64,000 bases of DNA from Candidatus Poseidoniales archaeon. GTDB taxonomy: Archaea; Thermoplasmatota; Poseidoniia; Poseidoniales; Thalassarchaeaceae. Below, one piece after another: positions 56,061-64,000 of the stretch. Each line of letters begins with the position of its first letter. The stretch's first letter is position 1. Location: NCBI GenBank assembly GCA_012960975.1, contig DUAE01000033.1, forward strand, positions 40,610 through 104,609, given 5' to 3'. A model generated the notes under the pieces. That model was given only the letters and a program-made list of their open reading frames with translations, ran no database searches and had not been told where the DNA came from. Both the position numbers and the translations under genes were made by a program.

Positions 56061-57524
56061 TTAGGCGGACAAAGTAAGATTACCACCAAACGGCATCGGA
56101 TCTAATGGTCCCATATCATTTCTCAAACTCGGTCCAATTGTGAACGTTGCGAAAATCCCCTCATCAACAATATTATGGGATAATCCAAACCATGGGCGAC
56201 CAAATTGGTCGATAAGAATATCAATAAAATCTCCAAATCCTCCGCACCGATTGTACCCACAATCTGCAGTAGTATCCAAAGGGTCTCCAATATCATTAAT
56301 TTGAACGGTAGTAATCAATGGATTTGGATTGAAAGCATCTGTAATCACTGAAATATATCCGTTCCATGTATTGTTCCCAGTATCTCCAAGATAAGCGAAA
56401 GCCACTCGCCCTTCTGCACCAGCAGCGAGAGCAGGAAATCCCGTGCCAATTAGCCCGGCGGGCGGGGCAATCATCATCGGATCAGACCAAGTATCACCTT
56501 CGTCTCTCGAATAGGAATAATATGGCAAATTGTCTACGCCCATCCACATCGCGTGCAGATTGTTATTTTCGTCCGGATGAATTTGAGCCTCTTCTGCATT
56601 CCAAGTGGCAGCTGTGCCAGTGGTTTCAGTTGGTAATGGGTGCTCAGTCCACGTTAGTCCGCCGTTTTTGCTACGGTAAATTGAATATCCTTCACCGCTG
56701 CATCCAGGATTCCCACGATAGAAATTTCCATCATTGGCGCCAATCATATGGCCAGTCAACCCCCCGCTATTACAATCGACGGGTGCTCCAGAAACTTCGG
56801 GCCCCCAAGTCAAACCCCCATCTTGACTAGTGGAGCAAATTGGGTGTGGGTAATTGCCGTTAACACAGAATACCCATGTTGTTTCATGGGCTAATGCATT
56901 ATATGGTGAAGACGCAATTGTTTGATGATCTTGGACTGACCAACCAGTCGCAATAGAAGGCGGACTCCATGAATCACCATCGTCATCTGACCATTCCACT
57001 GTCATACCCAACAATGCATGCATATCGAATTTCATGATACGATCCGTCCATGGATCAACATAGACATAGGGATCATTCGAATTTGCAACAGGAGCCGTGG
57101 GCGGGTCGTATACATCTACACAAGCATAATTTGATTTTTCGCTTAATCCAATTAATCCTGAACATTGTACGATAGCAGTTGCACCATTTTGTCCATTACC
57201 CCAACTGCTGATGTAGAGATTATTTGTCGAAGTAATCCCAATTGTCGGCTCGAAAGTTGTCATCCCAATCCCATAATATGTTCCTTGTGCACAATAAGGG
57301 GCATTATTGTCGACCAAAATTTCTGAACCATTAATCACCGTCGAAATATTGGTCGCATCGGTCGCATTAGCAAAATGATACCATGTAGTTTGTACAATTC
57401 CCATTTCACATAGGTCGTCAAAAACACTCTCTACCTTCACAGATTTAGGCGAATTATCACCAAAACACCCGGCGACAGCAGGCCCAATAAGTAAGAGAAC
57501 GAAGGCAATCGCTGTGGTCTTCAC
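56061..57524 (-). CDS. BNR/Asp-box beta-propeller (sialidase-like) lipoprotein
   Basis: Lipobox VAGC, several SxDxGxTW-type Asp boxes. Confidence 0.8.
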   Translation of the reverse strand: MKTTAIAFVLLLIGPAVAGCFGDNSPKSVKVESVFDDLCEMGIVQTTWYHFANATDATNISTVINGSEILVDNNAPYCAQGTYYGIGMTTFEPTIGITSTNNLYISSWGNGQNGATAIVQCSGLIGLSEKSNYACVDVYDPPTAPVANSNDPYVYVDPWTDRIMKFDMHALLGMTVEWSDDDGDSWSPPSIATGWSVQDHQTIASSPYNALAHETTWVFCVNGNYPHPICSTSQDGGLTWGPEVSGAPVDCNSGGLTGHMIGANDGNFYRGNPGCSGEGYSIYRSKNGGLTWTEHPLPTETTGTAATWNAEEAQIHPDENNNLHAMWMGVDNLPYYSYSRDEGDTWSDPMMIAPPAGLIGTGFPALAAGAEGRVAFAYLGDTGNNTWNGYISVITDAFNPNPLITTVQINDIGDPLDTTADCGYNRCGGFGDFIDILIDQFGRPWFGLSHNIVDEGIFATFTIGPSLRNDMGPLDPMPFGGNLTLSA

Positions 57525-57569
57525 AGCCTTCGCTGACCCATCGGCTACATCAGATAACCGGAAAAAACA

Positions 57570-59102
57570 TTATCCCATTAGTCGAGTAGAATTTCCACCC
57601 AAAGGCAATTCGGGTAAAGCCCGAAGTTCACCATAAAGGGCAGGGCCCGAAATAAAAGTCCCAATGATTGCCTCTGCGAACCCACCAGCGTTGTGTGCCA
57701 AAGCGATCCAAGGTCTTCCCTCATCATCGATTTCAACATCGATGAAATCACCGAAACCACCACAACGAACATTCCCACAATCAGAAGTTATGTCCAACGG
57801 ATCGCTTTCAAGATTAACTGCAACGCTAGTGATTAAAGGATGTTCAGCAAAAGCATCAGTCATTACAGCCATGTATCCACCCCATCCACAAGCAGCACCG
57901 GATGTTGTATTATTAGCCTCATTACAATCATTTATCTCTCCGATATATCCAATGACGACACGGCCCGAATCACCCGCAAATATTGTTGGAAAACCTGTTT
58001 CTTTCACTCCCGGGGCAGCGACCATCATTGGTTCGGACCAAGTAGCACCTTGGTCCTGGGAATATGCATACCAAGGCATTTCATCGGTAGAAATCCAAGT
58101 GGTATGAACAGCCCCCCCTTCATCTACGGCAACAGCAACTTCGTGAGAATGCCAACCTTGTTGCATCCCAATCTCAGTTGTAATTGTGTGCTCAGTCCAA
58201 GAATAGCCACCATCTAAGGAGCGGTACACCGCAGGGCCTTCACAAGATGGGTTTCCTCGGTAAACCGATCCATCTGAACCACCAGCAACATGCCCGTGCA
58301 AGCCCGAACACTGAGGATAACTTTCAATTGGGTAACCAATTTGTTGAACATCCCAAGTATGGCCGCCATCGAGTGAGCGAGAACATTGTGCTCCATTGGC
58401 CGATGAACCGGTGTTGATGCAATAGACATAGATGACTTCGTGGAAAGCAGTAACTCCCGGGGGCGCAGGCATTGAAGCTATACTCTGGTGATCTTGAGGT
58501 TGGTAGTATCCTTCGACAGTAAATGGCACAGACCAGGAATCTCCATCATTATCTGAATATTCAACAAACATCGCTGCTAAAACATGCATATCGAATTTGA
58601 TAATTCGATCGGTGAATTTGTCGACATACAAGTAAGGGTCATTCGAATTTGGGGTCTGTCCACTATCATCATCTATTGCTCCGAATGGGCCTACATCTTC
58701 CCATGTTTGGCCCTGATCATTGGATCTGATAATATGTGTACCATCGCCCAAACCATTGTAATTCGTAAATAAAATAGCCCCAGATGAAGTTACTCCAATC
58801 GTCGGCTCAAAGGTATCATAACCAGTTCCATAATACGTGCCAGAAGAGAAATAGGGGGTAGAATTTCCACTAAGATTAGCCGTGATATTCGCTGCAGAGA
58901 CCGCCGTAGGATTTGTTGCATCAATCGCTAAAGGAGAATCAACAGTCCCAGGATAATGGTACCAAGTTGTACTCGAGACGGCGCCTTCTTCGAAAACGAA
59001 GGGGCCCCTCTGTTCTTGTGCCGGATCATCATCTTCTCCAAAACAGCCGGCGAAAACTGGTGAAATAAACAACAGTGCAACAAGCACGGCTAGGTTACGC
59101 AT
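57570..59102 (-). CDS. BNR/Asp-box beta-propeller lipoprotein, paralog of 56061-57524
   Basis: Lipobox FAGC, Asp boxes, shared blocks FEPTIG, NSNDPY, KFDMH, QDHQ, RCGGFGDFID. Confidence 0.8.
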   Translation of the reverse strand: MRNLAVLVALLFISPVFAGCFGEDDDPAQEQRGPFVFEEGAVSSTTWYHYPGTVDSPLAIDATNPTAVSAANITANLSGNSTPYFSSGTYYGTGYDTFEPTIGVTSSGAILFTNYNGLGDGTHIIRSNDQGQTWEDVGPFGAIDDDSGQTPNSNDPYLYVDKFTDRIIKFDMHVLAAMFVEYSDNDGDSWSVPFTVEGYYQPQDHQSIASMPAPPGVTAFHEVIYVYCINTGSSANGAQCSRSLDGGHTWDVQQIGYPIESYPQCSGLHGHVAGGSDGSVYRGNPSCEGPAVYRSLDGGYSWTEHTITTEIGMQQGWHSHEVAVAVDEGGAVHTTWISTDEMPWYAYSQDQGATWSEPMMVAAPGVKETGFPTIFAGDSGRVVIGYIGEINDCNEANNTTSGAACGWGGYMAVMTDAFAEHPLITSVAVNLESDPLDITSDCGNVRCGGFGDFIDVEIDDEGRPWIALAHNAGGFAEAIIGTFISGPALYGELRALPELPLGGNSTRLMG

Positions 59103-59152
59103 TGAATCCGCGTCAGAACCATGCCTCTAAATCTAACCGAATTGTTGAGCGA

Positions 59153-60184
59153 CTAGACCCAGTCATTTTCGATTACTCTCTCAGCTGCCGCTAGGATTGA
59201 ATCGGCAGGTGAAATCCAATCCATCCCTAGGTCTTTTTTGGCAGGGAAAGAATCCCAATATATTTTTTTCTTTAGATGACTCCTAGCCCATGACACACTG
59301 ATTTTTGGATGGAACAAAGCAGCAATCAAAGCAAGTGGGTAGGGTAGTTCAAATGAAGGCAAACTCATGTCTGGATATTGAGATTTGAGCAGTTTAGCCA
59401 TCTCTCTCATTGAAACATCTCCTGCGGTTACAAGATAGCGACCCCCATCTTCCCCCCCGCTCAATGCTCTGACATGTGCTTCAGCGACATCTCGAACGTC
59501 TACAACATTGATTTGCATGGGTAGGACAACAGGCATCTCTCGCCTCAACACACTCATCATCAGGGCAAGAGATCCCCGGAGATGGCGGGTTGACATCGGC
59601 GGGCCAAATACCATACAAGGATGAATTGTAACCAATCTTTTCCTTGATTCAACTGATTTTTGAGAGTACCAATTTCGGACAATTCGTTCAGAACTTACTT
59701 TTGCCAATCCATATGGATTATTTTCCAGCGTTGCGTCGTCTGCCCATGTTTCACTAGTTAGCGTAGTTCCATTTTTCCATTTAGTTGGCCTTATCGCTGC
59801 GGTCGAAGAAGTGTGAATAAGGCATCTAACTGAATCACTATTATCGATTGCAGCGACTATGTTTTGGGTTCCGATTACGCTGGGGTCCACAATTTTCAAT
59901 TGCGGGTTTGACGACATTATCATCACAGCGGCCGCTGTGTGGATGACTTCTTCTGCCCCCAAAATTGCATTATTGACCGAATCAATATCAAACAAATCCA
60001 TTTCAACAATTTCTAATGACCCTCCTCGACCAATCTCTAGCGCTTCTAAATGAGCCACTCTGTCAGGGTCTGAAGAATCTCGGACGGTAGCTCTAACATG
60101 CCTTCCGCGGCGCAGCAAGTTAGAAACAATGTGACTACCAATATATCCACTCGCACCGGTTACAACAACAATATTCGAAGCCAT
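59153..60184 (-). CDS. NAD(P)-dependent epimerase/dehydratase (aldehyde reductase-like extended SDR)
   Basis: VTGASGYIG, HTAA, TSSTAA, YGLAK, VDVRDVAEAH. Confidence 0.88.
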   Translation of the reverse strand: MASNIVVVTGASGYIGSHIVSNLLRRGRHVRATVRDSSDPDRVAHLEALEIGRGGSLEIVEMDLFDIDSVNNAILGAEEVIHTAAAVMIMSSNPQLKIVDPSVIGTQNIVAAIDNSDSVRCLIHTSSTAAIRPTKWKNGTTLTSETWADDATLENNPYGLAKVSSERIVRNWYSQKSVESRKRLVTIHPCMVFGPPMSTRHLRGSLALMMSVLRREMPVVLPMQINVVDVRDVAEAHVRALSGGEDGGRYLVTAGDVSMREMAKLLKSQYPDMSLPSFELPYPLALIAALFHPKISVSWARSHLKKKIYWDSFPAKKDLGMDWISPADSILAAAERVIENDWV

Positions 60185-60197
60185 AACCAACGCACCA

Positions 60198-60980
60198 CTA
60201 ACATAGTTCAGCAACAGATTCAACAACCAATGATGGATTTTGACTGGCGCCCCCCAGGTCCCCCAATGTCGTTTCTCCTGAAAGAACAAGAATGCCATGA
60301 ACCCCTGCTCTTTCGGCCATTTCCATATCGGTGTAAAGGCGATCTCCGACCATTGCACATTGCTCCGGTTTCAATCCCAATTCTTCGATTTTATGTAGAA
60401 TCATATCTGGGTTGGGCTTGCCACAAATATGTGTGGGGCTTATTCCAGTGGTGGCTTTGAATAATGCCATGTATGCCCCTGTATCGGGCAATCCTCCTTC
60501 AGGAGAAGGGCAGACCACATCTGGGTGGGATGCAACAAGTGGCACTCCATTATGGAGGTGAATTGAAGCGGCAGTCAATTTTTCATAATTAATTTCAGTA
60601 TCATAGCCTAGTACCACATATTGTGGTTGATTACTATGTGTTTTTATTCCGACTTCTTCAAGCATTGAACGCATACCTTCTGTGCCTACAAGGTATGTTT
60701 CAGTTATTCCTTCTTTAGCCAACCAAGAGAGCAGATCGTGAGTTGAAAGCAAAATGTCCTTTGCTTCTGCAGGAATTCCGAAACCATTCAGTTTTGCTAA
60801 ATATTCAGATACGGATTTTGAGGAATTATTTGATAGGAAGAAGCGCTGAATTCCCCGTTTTTCACATCGATTTAAAAATTCGATAGAACCCTCAAATAAG
60901 TTTCCACCAAGGTAGATGGTCCCATCAAGATCAAGAAATACCGCTTCGATTCCGGTCATATCTTCATTCAAAGCATTCAT
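60198..60980 (-). CDS. HAD-IIA (NagD-like) phosphatase
   Basis: DLDGT, LSNNSS, GKP, MVGDRLYTD, VLSG. Confidence 0.9.
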   Translation of the reverse strand: MNALNEDMTGIEAVFLDLDGTIYLGGNLFEGSIEFLNRCEKRGIQRFFLSNNSSKSVSEYLAKLNGFGIPAEAKDILLSTHDLLSWLAKEGITETYLVGTEGMRSMLEEVGIKTHSNQPQYVVLGYDTEINYEKLTAASIHLHNGVPLVASHPDVVCPSPEGGLPDTGAYMALFKATTGISPTHICGKPNPDMILHKIEELGLKPEQCAMVGDRLYTDMEMAERAGVHGILVLSGETTLGDLGGASQNPSLVVESVAELC

Positions 60981-60988
60981 TTTTTCAC

Positions 60989-62365
60989 CTATGGTAGCAG
61001 TAATGTTTTCATTAGGAACCACGGGCTCCAAAGGACAGTTTGAGATTCTTTACTGGCAATCATTTCAGACATCATTATACCAATTTCAGGTTTTTTAGAA
61101 GCCTTCTTTACAAACCAATTTGTTAATCGCTTCCATTTCATAATTCGTTGTAATTTTGATGAATTAGACAATTCTTTACCTAACACGCCCCAAAGGGCAA
61201 CCATATATTCTTCTGCCGCTTCATTTGTAAAACCATTCGAATGTTTACTAAGTTCAAAATATTGAGCGGTTAATTTGGCTGAAAGAAGTGCATTTCCAAC
61301 CCCCTCTCCACTGAACGGGTCAACCAAACTAGCAGCATCTCCAATGCACATGGCACCCGCCATAGCTGAACGCCGTGGCTGATGTGAGGGAGCATTCTTT
61401 CGAGGGGATCCGAATGGAAGTTGCCATCCTTTCGAAGAACCATCGATCAAAGTTGAATCAGAAAAACGATTTTTGAATCGCGGATGTTCTTCAATGACCC
61501 ACTTCTGAACTTGCTTGAGAGATTTTTTCTTACCCTTTTGTTTTCTTTGTTCAGAAATCAACATGCCTATTCCAACATTTACTATCCCATTTCCTATTGG
61601 AAAAAGCCAGAAATATCCAGGCAATACCTCATCGATAAAATGTATTTCAATTTGTCCTTCATCTCCAGCCAATCCCCCAACATTCTCCCAGTATTGCCTA
61701 TATCCACCACAAAAATGCTTATCGTTTCGATGCGGCTCATGAAAAATTTCCTCAGTAATCGTTCTAGATACCGGGCAATTATAGCCTCCAGCACCTATCG
61801 TTAAGGCTGATGTGTAAGTCAATTCTGGTTCTTCTGACCTACGCCCCCCCAATCTGCATTTCACTCCAGAAATTTGTGAAGTAACCCCTTCCCCCTCAAC
61901 AATAATTTCGGTGACATCATGACCTTGAATGACAGCCCCACCATTTTCTAGAACAATTTCATTCGCTCGTTTGAACATCATATAATCGAACTGAATTCTC
62001 GGTAGAGCGAAACCAGATTGCAAGTCCATTTTTGCATATGCATCTTTAGGTAACATAACCCTAACCTCTGCTCCATTTGCACTGCCGAAGAGTATTGAAT
62101 CAACAACATAATGAGGTGTTGATTCGACTAAATCAAAGACACCCAATTCCTTCACATGGCTAAGTGATTTTCCTCCTACTGCATCGCCACAAACTTTGTC
62201 TCTTGGCCAAACGCATTTTTCGATCAATAATACTTTACAGCCATTCATAGCATTGTATGATGCGGCCGCTGAGCCAGCCGGACCTCCCCCGACTACGATT
62301 ACATCAAAATGAGACCCGTCGTTGGGAATCAAGCCTGTGTCGATTGGTTTTGTCCACTCACTCAT
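60989..62365 (-). CDS. Geranylgeranyl reductase family flavoprotein
   Basis: DVIVVGGGPAGS, PRDKVCGD, PGYFWLFP, NVGIG, GDAASLVDPFSGEG. Confidence 0.9.
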   Translation of the reverse strand: MSEWTKPIDTGLIPNDGSHFDVIVVGGGPAGSAAASYNAMNGCKVLLIEKCVWPRDKVCGDAVGGKSLSHVKELGVFDLVESTPHYVVDSILFGSANGAEVRVMLPKDAYAKMDLQSGFALPRIQFDYMMFKRANEIVLENGGAVIQGHDVTEIIVEGEGVTSQISGVKCRLGGRRSEEPELTYTSALTIGAGGYNCPVSRTITEEIFHEPHRNDKHFCGGYRQYWENVGGLAGDEGQIEIHFIDEVLPGYFWLFPIGNGIVNVGIGMLISEQRKQKGKKKSLKQVQKWVIEEHPRFKNRFSDSTLIDGSSKGWQLPFGSPRKNAPSHQPRRSAMAGAMCIGDAASLVDPFSGEGVGNALLSAKLTAQYFELSKHSNGFTNEAAEEYMVALWGVLGKELSNSSKLQRIMKWKRLTNWFVKKASKKPEIGIMMSEMIASKESQTVLWSPWFLMKTLLLP

Positions 62366-62501
62366 GCTGACACCAATCGCTCGTAGGTAAGTTCGGCATT
62401 CAAACTATGGTATGTTGCTGAGTCAGATTTTCTTTTCTTTTCCGTTTTTTTCAAAGGTAGACTCAGTGAAGTTCAATTGCCCAATCAAACCGCGACAATC
62501 C

Positions 62502-63557
62502 ATGGCTAAGGGGGTCATCGAATCTTATCGAAACTTCCTTCCTGTAGGCCAAAGCACAGAAATTATCTCATTATCTGAAGGAAACACCCCACTTATTTCA
62601 GCCGAACGACTCGTAGAGAAACTGGGAGGAGAGTTCGAGTTATTTTTAAAATTCGAAGGCTTGAACCCAACGGGTTCTTTCAAGGATAGAGGAATGTGCA
62701 TGGCGGTTACTAAGGCCGTGGAAAATGGTGCCAAAGCAATAGTCTGCGCAAGTACAGGCAATACCAGTGCTGCCGCGGCTGCCTATGCGGCTAGGGCTGG
62801 AATTAAGTGCATAGTTCTGATTCCAGAAGGCAAAATTGCTCTCGGTAAATTAGCACAAGCTTTGATGCACGGCGCTCAAACAATTTCAATAAAAGGAAAT
62901 TTTGACGAAGCACTAGATATAGTGCGAAAACTTGGCGAAATTGATGGTTTTGAAATAGTGAACAGCATCAACCCCTATCGTATCCAGGGGCAAAAAACAG
63001 CGGCATTTGAAATCGTTGATGAGTTAGGAAACTCTCCTGATTTTCATTTCTTACCTGTTGGTAATGCAGGCAACATTACAGCTTACTGGATGGGTTATAA
63101 TGAATATAAATTCCATAATAAATCTTCTCAACTTCCGAAAATGATGGGTTGGCAAGCAAAAGGTGCTGCCCCATTCGTTCTCGGTAAACCCATCGACAAC
63201 CCAGAGACTGTCGCTACAGCCATACGCATAGGCCACCCTGCAAGTTGGGATTCAGCGATTGAGGCAGCAAATAATTCAGGAGGCAAGATTGACTGTGTTA
63301 GTGATGAAGAAATTCTCGACGCACAGAGGCTTCTCGCACGTTATACTGGTGTATTTTGTGAACCAGCATCAGCAGCTTCGATTGCCGGCCTTCGTAAATC
63401 CGTAGAAAATAAGCAAATCCCATCAGGGAGTATTGTCGTTGCTACATTGACTGGCCATGGACTCAAAGATCCCGATATAGCAATTAAAATTTCGAAAACA
63501 AAGACAAAACTCGTTGATGCAAACCTAGAATCAGTTATCTCAGCGATTGGATTATAA
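62502..63557 (+). CDS. thrC: Threonine synthase
   Basis: [46 protein letters not shown]. Confidence 0.95.
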   Translation: MAKGVIESYRNFLPVGQSTEIISLSEGNTPLISAERLVEKLGGEFELFLKFEGLNPTGSFKDRGMCMAVTKAVENGAKAIVCASTGNTSAAAAAYAARAGIKCIVLIPEGKIALGKLAQALMHGAQTISIKGNFDEALDIVRKLGEIDGFEIVNSINPYRIQGQKTAAFEIVDELGNSPDFHFLPVGNAGNITAYWMGYNEYKFHNKSSQLPKMMGWQAKGAAPFVLGKPIDNPETVATAIRIGHPASWDSAIEAANNSGGKIDCVSDEEILDAQRLLARYTGVFCEPASAASIAGLRKSVENKQIPSGSIVVATLTGHGLKDPDIAIKISKTKTKLVDANLESVISAIGL

Positions 63558-64000
63558 TTAATTCAAAGCTGCTGCAGCACCATCGTAACTATAGAATGAA
63601 ACCAATGTTTGAGTGTGTCCTACACCAGTAATTCCTGAAAGCCTGTCAAGAATAGAATCTCCTAAATCAGCCATATCTCGCGCTACCACTTCGATAATGA
63701 AATCCCATTGTCCAGTTACGATATGACAGCCTACAACAAATTCTAATCCGGCTATGTCAGAAGCGACTTTTCTCCTATCGGTTAAACCCCTCTCCCCTTG
63801 CCAATTTGCCATGATGAATGCGTGTAATGGCCAACCCAATTCTTGACGGTCCAAATCGATGGTAAATCGTTTGACGATACCTTTGTCTTGCAATCGCCGA
63901 ATCCGATCGTGTACGGTAACTCTAGGCATGTTTAGTAAATCTGCATATGCCTGTGTACTTGCTCGCGAATCTTTTGTTAGTAATTTTACAATTTCTATGT
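63558..64000 (-). CDS. Lrp/AsnC family regulator (5' end outside the window)
   Basis: Reads IEIVKLLTKDSRASTQAYADLLNMPRVTVHDRIRRLQDKGIV (HTH) and VTGQWDF. Confidence 0.88.
   Translation of the reverse strand, partial: IEIVKLLTKDSRASTQAYADLLNMPRVTVHDRIRRLQDKGIVKRFTIDLDRQELGWPLHAFIMANWQGERGLTDRRKVASDIAGLEFVVGCHIVTGQWDFIIEVVARDMADLGDSILDRLSGITGVGHTQTLVSFYSYDGAAAALN

Overview
Gene-dense 64-kb archaeal chromosome segment. Archaeal DnaG, group II chaperonin, L18Ae/LX, prefoldin alpha and GGGP synthase sit beside many bacterial-type genes (purN, purH, uvrA, RluA, MFS) and secreted TSP3, BNR and M28 surface proteins. This mix best fits Marine Group II Thermoplasmatota (Ca. Poseidoniales), by inference. 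I found about 55 CDS and one tRNA-Leu(GAG), but no CRISPR array, rRNA, transposase or integrase. The top finding is an ~8.4-kb sulfation module (33.7-42.1 kb) lying between rplX and pfdA-ftsY, genes that are usually adjacent in archaea. It contains an APS kinase fused to a very small HxGH nucleotidyltransferase carrying ATP-sulfurylase-like motifs (a candidate minimal PAPS synthase), two sulfotransferases, CysQ, a membrane protein and a ~1330-aa Gly-rich, sequon-rich surface protein. Other leads are a candidate replication origin at 44.69-44.87 kb (inverted ORB-like boxes around an AT-rich core, no cdc6 nearby), a membrane protein with a peptidoglycan-binding domain, an Asp-less tail-anchored pseudo-receiver, a ferredoxin / degenerate reductase / GGGP synthase cluster, and several structured intergenic regions. 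All calls come from motif recognition by eye; no searches were run.
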